Notes under the pieces: model-generated
The model's database searches: none
What the model saw: only the letters and a program-made list of their open reading frames with translations
Told to the model about the DNA's origin: nothing
From: an uncultured Bacilli bacterium
GTDB taxonomy: Bacteria; Bacillota_I; Bacilli_A; RF39; UBA660
Assembly: GCA_944331835.1 (NCBI GenBank)
Contig: CALVIU010000001.1
Coordinates: 1-49,950 of the forward strand
Direction: 5' to 3'
DNA: 49,950 bases
Part shown: piece by piece, positions 45,828 through 49,950 of the stretch
Layout: every line of letters begins with the position of its first letter
How positions within the stretch are numbered: the stretch's first letter is position 1
Made by a program: the position numbers and the translations under genes

Positions 45828-46682
45828 CTATTCAATTAATTTAGAATCGTCAATATATTTATAATTTAATTTATTTTGATTAGAAACAATAGATTTACCT
45901 AATTTTTCTTCAAGATTATCTTTAGCAACTTTCGCAACATTGCCACCAGCTTTAGCAATTTTCTTATTTTCATTTAAGCCATGTGGTTTATGTTCTTTTA
46001 CAAGCTCTCTAGTAGCAATTTCACCTAAATCTGTAAGAGCTATTTCAATATCAGACATATTATCTCGCAAAGATTCTTTTCTTAACCCTTTAAAACCCTT
46101 ATACTCTTTAGCAGTCATACCAGACCATTCTTTATATATTTCATTAGTTAGCACACCAAATTCATATCCTTCAGTAATACCAGCACTTTTCCATGCATCA
46201 GTAAGTTTATTACGATTGATTATGCCTTTAAGTCTTGCTTCAATCCATTCATCATCATAACCTCTACTCCGATAATAATTAATGGCCCTATCTACAGCTA
46301 ACTCTGGGTCAAATACCTCATCTATTCTTTCTCTACCTAATCTGGCAAGCCATAATTTAAATGGTTCTGCTTTAGGACTAGGAATAGACTCAATCAACCT
46401 TAATATTCCTTCAGTATCTAAAGTATCAGTTTCCCTTAATTTGCCATCTTGAGCTTTCATTTTCAACCGTCGACATTTTGTCGACAGTTCACTTTTTTCT
46501 TCTTCAGTCATTCTAATTTTTAATTTAAACCAATAATCTCTAGGATTAGAACTCCCTGTTAGTACACTAATTACATCAACCACACTAAAATAATATTCTT
46601 CTTTTTCATTATCCCAAATACTTCTTATTTGAGAACCTTCAAATAACTTTGTTATTGTTTCTAATTTTTGTTTTCCATACAT
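45828..46682 (-). CDS. Bro-N / DinD-like (DNA-damage-inducible protein D family) protein
   Basis: The N-terminus IRSIWDNEKEEYYFSVVDVISVL is Bro-N-like. The C-terminal segment LRDNMSDIEIALTDLGEIATRELVK...AKAGGNVAKVAKDNLEEKLGKSIVS resembles my recollection of the DinD C-terminal region. The start is moved to the ATG at 46682, which is preceded by AAAGGAAAGGTAGGT. Confidence 0.6.
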   Translation of the reverse strand: MYGKQKLETITKLFEGSQIRSIWDNEKEEYYFSVVDVISVLTGSSNPRDYWFKLKIRMTEEEKSELSTKCRRLKMKAQDGKLRETDTLDTEGILRLIESIPSPKAEPFKLWLARLGRERIDEVFDPELAVDRAINYYRSRGYDDEWIEARLKGIINRNKLTDAWKSAGITEGYEFGVLTNEIYKEWSGMTAKEYKGFKGLRKESLRDNMSDIEIALTDLGEIATRELVKEHKPHGLNENKKIAKAGGNVAKVAKDNLEEKLGKSIVSNQNKLNYKYIDDSKLIE

Positions 46683-46925
46683 ACCTACCTTTCCTTTTAG
46701 CATTTTAACAAAGCATAACATATCATAGCGTAATGTTTTGGTACTATGATTTAACCTTGTTTCCAAAGTTCTTCTCCTTCCTATAAGTATTTCGCCCAAA
46801 ATATAAATCATAAATAAAAACTAAAATCTAGGTAGGCCTTAATATCTAACTAAATTATATCATTAAGCTTGCATTATGCAAAGAAAAAAGATTGAAAACA
46901 AACTATATTTGCCTCAATCTTTAAA

Positions 46926-47486
46926 TCATTTACTTAAAATTCCCATATCTCCAGGATTAATCAAAAAAGCATTAGCATCATCGGTATCTAGATGTACTTC
47001 ATAATAACCATCGTCACTTACTTTAGCATGAACATCTATTACACCACTCTTATCACCAGGAATCGAAAGTTTTAATACTTCATCATCAACTACACCTAGT
47101 TCTTGAGCCTTTGCAGGATTCATATGCACATGCCTATCAGCTATAATACAAAAAGCTCCAGTAACTTCACCTTTTTCTGTACAGATAGTTACTGTTTCTG
47201 CATCATCAAGATGTCCACTCTTCCTAACTGGTGGTCTAACACCTAATTTTCTTGCATCAGTCATAGATATTTCTACTTGATTATAGCTTCTTAAAGGACC
47301 AATTATTCTAACATTTTCAAAGACACCCTTAGCAGTTTTAACCGTAACTGTTTCATTCGCCGCAAATTGACCAACTTGATTTAAAGGATTTCTCACTGTT
47401 AAATCATGATCAAATAACTTGGCATGAGCATCACGCGTTAAATGCACATGTCTTGCACTAATATTAATACTTACTTTTTCTTCCAT
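46926..47486 (-). CDS. pduL: Phosphate propanoyl/acetyl-transferase PduL
   Basis: Duplicated PduL signature: INISARHVHLT...VRIIGP and IIADRHVHMN. The start is moved to the ATG at 47486 (MEEKV...), which is preceded by GGTGA. The 21 aa further upstream in the track ORF run into the IS right end. Confidence 0.8.
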   Translation of the reverse strand: MEEKVSINISARHVHLTRDAHAKLFDHDLTVRNPLNQVGQFAANETVTVKTAKGVFENVRIIGPLRSYNQVEISMTDARKLGVRPPVRKSGHLDDAETVTICTEKGEVTGAFCIIADRHVHMNPAKAQELGVVDDEVLKLSIPGDKSGVIDVHAKVSDDGYYEVHLDTDDANAFLINPGDMGILSK

Positions 47487-47544
47487 TTTCTTCACCATTC
47501 TAATAATACCAGAACAAAAGTCAAACAAGTTTGACTGACCTTGC

Positions 47545-47644
47545 ATCACTACAAGGCATTTCTACTTCATAGGACTCTTTGAGTCCTCCATAGACCAACT
47601 TCGGATGGTCGCCACCCTACTATTTTTTTGTTCTTCTATTTATA
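47545..47644 (-). ncRNA. Putative omega/reRNA scaffold of TnpB (3' portion)
   Basis: This locally GC-rich block lies immediately 3' of the tnpB stop. Minus-strand hairpins: GACCA-TCCGAAGT-TGGTC, a perfect GGACTC-AAA-GAGTCC, and CCTTG-TAGTGATG-CAAGG. The true 5' end probably lies inside the tnpB 3' coding region. Confidence 0.4.
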
Positions 47645-48793
47645 TTATAAACTATTTACATACATTTTTAAACCCTCAAACATTATATTTATACTAGCAT
47701 TAACATCACGATCATGTAACACACCACACTTAGGACATTCCCAACTTCTTATACTTAAATCCTTTACTTTTTTATTTTGATATCCACATACTGAACAAGT
47801 TTGACTACTTGGATAAAATCTATTTATTGTAAGCAATTTCTTATTTTGCCAATTACATTTATATTCTAAGACTCGCTTTATCTCAGATAGCGGAATGTTT
47901 GTTAAGGATTTTGCCATTGAATGAAGTTGATACATGCCTCTAATGTTTAAATTTTCCATAACAATAATATCATTTTCTTTAACTAATTTGTTTGTTACAT
48001 CATGTATTAAATGTTTACGAATGTTTTTGAGTTTCATATATGCTCTTTGTATCTTTAATTTTATCTTATATCTATTTTTACTACTAGGTTTGCATCTAGA
48101 TAGTCCCTTTTGTAATCCTTTGATTCTTTTCTTTACTTCTAATGATGCTAAACTGTTTTCTATTTTTTCATTGAAACTTGTTATAATGATATCTTTTATT
48201 CCTAAATCAAGCCCTACTATACTTCTTGGAATAAATTCAGGTAATATTAATGGTTCTTCTACTAATACGCTTACATAATATTTATTTGCTTTCCTTCTTA
48301 TAACTGCGCTTTTTATATTACCAATAAAACTTGTTTTATTTCTATATCCTCTAAATTTTACTTCTTTTAGTTTTGGTAACGCAATTATTTTATTTTTAAA
48401 ATCTACTTTTATACTTTCATAACTTTTATCTTTATATGTATTTTTTATATTATTTGTTTTATAACTATTTCCTATATCTTTGTTTTTAAACCTAGGAAAT
48501 CCATTTTGTTTACTATAAAATCTTTTATAGGCATCATCTAGACTAAATAGTGCTGACCTTAAAGAACAACTATCCACTTCACTTAACCAAGGATACTCCT
48601 TGCACAATCCAGGTAATTTTTTTATTTGGTCATAACAAGATTTAGATTTACCTGCTCTTTTATAATCATTTATTCTATCACTCAAAAAATGATTATACAC
48701 AAATCTAGTACATCCAATAGTTTTATTAATTAATTCTTTTTGTTTATCTGTAGGATATAATCTTAAAATATATCCTTTTAATATTGTCTGCAT
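47645..48793 (-). CDS. tnpB: TnpB (OrfB_IS605) RNA-guided endonuclease, catalytic residues apparently intact
   Basis: Begins ILRLYPTDKQKELINKTIGCTRFVYNHFL. RuvC-I is VGLDLGIKD and RuvC-II is VMENLNIRGM. Zn-ribbon CSVCGYQN...CPKCG. RuvC-III is HDRDVNASINI. Confidence 0.9.
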   Translation of the reverse strand: MQTILKGYILRLYPTDKQKELINKTIGCTRFVYNHFLSDRINDYKRAGKSKSCYDQIKKLPGLCKEYPWLSEVDSCSLRSALFSLDDAYKRFYSKQNGFPRFKNKDIGNSYKTNNIKNTYKDKSYESIKVDFKNKIIALPKLKEVKFRGYRNKTSFIGNIKSAVIRRKANKYYVSVLVEEPLILPEFIPRSIVGLDLGIKDIIITSFNEKIENSLASLEVKKRIKGLQKGLSRCKPSSKNRYKIKLKIQRAYMKLKNIRKHLIHDVTNKLVKENDIIVMENLNIRGMYQLHSMAKSLTNIPLSEIKRVLEYKCNWQNKKLLTINRFYPSSQTCSVCGYQNKKVKDLSIRSWECPKCGVLHDRDVNASINIMFEGLKMYVNSL

Positions 48794-48893
48794 AATTCCC
48801 CCTGAATGATAAATTAATTATATCAAACAAATGTATGTATGTAAAGTGATTTTTTCAAAAAAGTATAACTTTCCTATTATATAAAAAAGCAAA

Positions 48894-48915
48894 AGAAAAA
48901 AGCAGTTTCCTGCTT
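48894..48915 (-). terminator. Terminator of the 293-aa gene, immediately abutting the IS left end
   Basis: The minus strand reads AAGCAG-GAAA-CTGCTT followed by T6. The hairpin overlaps the stop codon at 48914-16. Confidence 0.7.
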
Positions 48916-49795
48916 AATTTACTCTTTTTAACAAAGCATTTTCTTCTTGATAATGCTTATCCACTAGTCCTTTTATAAATAATACTTCATTTAATGTATC
49001 ACTATCATTAGCAAATTTAACTTGTAAATCTTCCCTAGAAGTTGTAATAATAAATTCTAAATTTAAAGAATCCATATCACTATTTTCTTTATAAACTAAT
49101 TGTTTTAAAAGATAATTTACAAATTGTTGAAACTCTAATTCATCTTGATTTAACCTTGCTAATATTAAGTCTCTATCAATTTCTGAAAAACTAATATTTT
49201 TCAAAGCAAAGGTTCTATAATCACTCGCCGTTTTATATCTTCTGACAACACCAGCGTTTTTAACTTCTCCATTAAAGAAAGCTTCATACTCATATTCATT
49301 TACAGATACATCTAAATCTTTAGCATGTACTCTAGCTACTATTGGACTTTCCATCGCTAATAGTTCTGTATAATTTACACTAAGTTTATTTTCTTCAACA
49401 CCATAATTGCTACTAATCAAAGTCATTATTTTATCTTTTTGATAATCTTCTAATTTCAAGTTACCATTATCTAGTATTAAAGAAAGAAAATCTATATAGG
49501 TTCCATGAATATCTATTGAACTAGCAACATCTTGTCTCCTGATAACCAAATCAACTAAATTACTATAAAAATATTCTGGTACACTAGCTGGCAAACGAAG
49601 CATCATAAAACAAATCATTGGTGCTCTAAAAGATAAAACTGATGAATTAGCAATCTTATCTATTTCCATAGCCTCACTTAAAAATACTGGATTTTCACAA
49701 ATTGCCTTCCACAATTCTCTAACTTTACTTAAATCCTTGTTTACAAACATTTCTTCATATAATTGATAATCTAATTTTTCTGTTAAAACTTTCAT
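48914..49795 (-). CDS. Hypothetical protein (293 aa), no recognised motif
   Basis: A long ORF with SD AAAGGGG upstream and its own terminator. Confidence 0.5.
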   Translation of the reverse strand: MKVLTEKLDYQLYEEMFVNKDLSKVRELWKAICENPVFLSEAMEIDKIANSSVLSFRAPMICFMMLRLPASVPEYFYSNLVDLVIRRQDVASSIDIHGTYIDFLSLILDNGNLKLEDYQKDKIMTLISSNYGVEENKLSVNYTELLAMESPIVARVHAKDLDVSVNEYEYEAFFNGEVKNAGVVRRYKTASDYRTFALKNISFSEIDRDLILARLNQDELEFQQFVNYLLKQLVYKENSDMDSLNLEFIITTSREDLQVKFANDSDTLNEVLFIKGLVDKHYQEENALLKRVN

Positions 49796-49950
49796 TTAAA
49801 AATACCCCTTTCGCAAAAAATGCAAGAGGTATTATACCACAATTATTCTATAATGTCTACCCCTAAAATTTTTCCTGTTAATCCTTTTTTAAAAAGATAC
49901 CTTATCATTAATAAAAAAGATTCCGATATATATTGTATAATATCTCTTTG

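Larger units (their letters stand above)
47540..48889 (-). mobile_element. IS200/IS605-family element carrying only tnpB (IS1341-like, no tnpA)
   Basis: A tnpB ORF plus a conserved left end (its boundary defined by comparison with the copy at 1-84) and a GC-rich structured right end. The right boundary is approximate because there is no second copy to compare. Confidence 0.7.

Noticed and set aside
46469-46485. Perfect palindrome GTCGACATTTTGTCGAC resembling the TCGAAC-N4-TCGAAC motif
   Set aside because: It lies inside the Bro-N/DinD-like coding sequence. It has different spacing and inverted rather than direct symmetry, so I treat it as coincidental unless a genome-wide motif search says otherwise.
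42835-48278. Antisense ORFs 42835-43047, 45234-45524, 45940-46260 and 47934-48278
   Set aside because: They lie opposite nrdD, dusB, the Bro-N gene and tnpB respectively, with no independent support.
1-48889. Two IS copies bracketing ~48 kb as a composite transposon
   Set aside because: The interval is full of core housekeeping and ribosomal genes with Bacillus-like synteny. IS200/IS605 elements do not form classical composite transposons. Only one end of the left copy is visible.
1-49950. CRISPR arrays, tRNA or rRNA genes, group I/II introns, retron or DGR-like repeats
   Set aside because: I scanned all intergenic gaps longer than 60 nt by eye. I saw no regularly spaced direct repeats, no cloverleaf-capable GC-rich ~75-nt blocks, no reverse-transcriptase ORF, and no template/variable repeat pairs.

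Overview
The window is visibly AT-rich (roughly 25-30% GC by eye, not computed) and uses the standard genetic code: TGA is a stop at 13299-13301 and TGG encodes Trp. It looks like a chromosome segment from a low-GC Firmicutes-type endospore former. Sporulation genes are intact sigK, cotE, gerE, a gerM-like gene, a spoIIIAH-like gene and two tiny yjcZ-like genes. They are interleaved with housekeeping genes: rpsP, rpsD, ackA, thiI, cysteine desulfurase, ezrA, recX, nrnA, prsA, murC, dusB, nrdD, an M16 peptidase pair, a dGTPase-like HD protein and two ABC transporters. I saw no rRNA, tRNA or CRISPR array. Six things stand out. (1) A tandem array of three paralogous giant sigma-70-family genes (1152, 696 and 1026 aa; 398-9238) lies divergent from sigK. 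Each has a long C-terminal extension of degenerate HTH-like repeats that ends in a strongly conserved second region-4-like domain, and the middle copy has no region 2. (2) Two homologous intergenic modules (about 14580-14921 and 34281-34600) each combine a conserved direct-repeat motif, a sigmaA-type promoter, long-range 5'/3' pairing and a strongly SD-preceded 25-26 aa hydrophobic sORF. This resembles a type I toxin mRNA. (3) nrdD is separated from its glycyl-radical domain by one in-frame TAA followed by a restart codon, and no nrdG is adjacent. (4) A TnpB-only IS200/IS605-family element with a structured 3' region sits directly upstream of pduL, and a second left-end copy lies at the window start. 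(5) A cysteine-tailed two-TM membrane module occurs in two otherwise unrelated genes. (6) Two perfect-SD yjcZ-like genes are missing from the ORF track. All homology calls come from reading translated motifs from memory; no database search or folding program was run.
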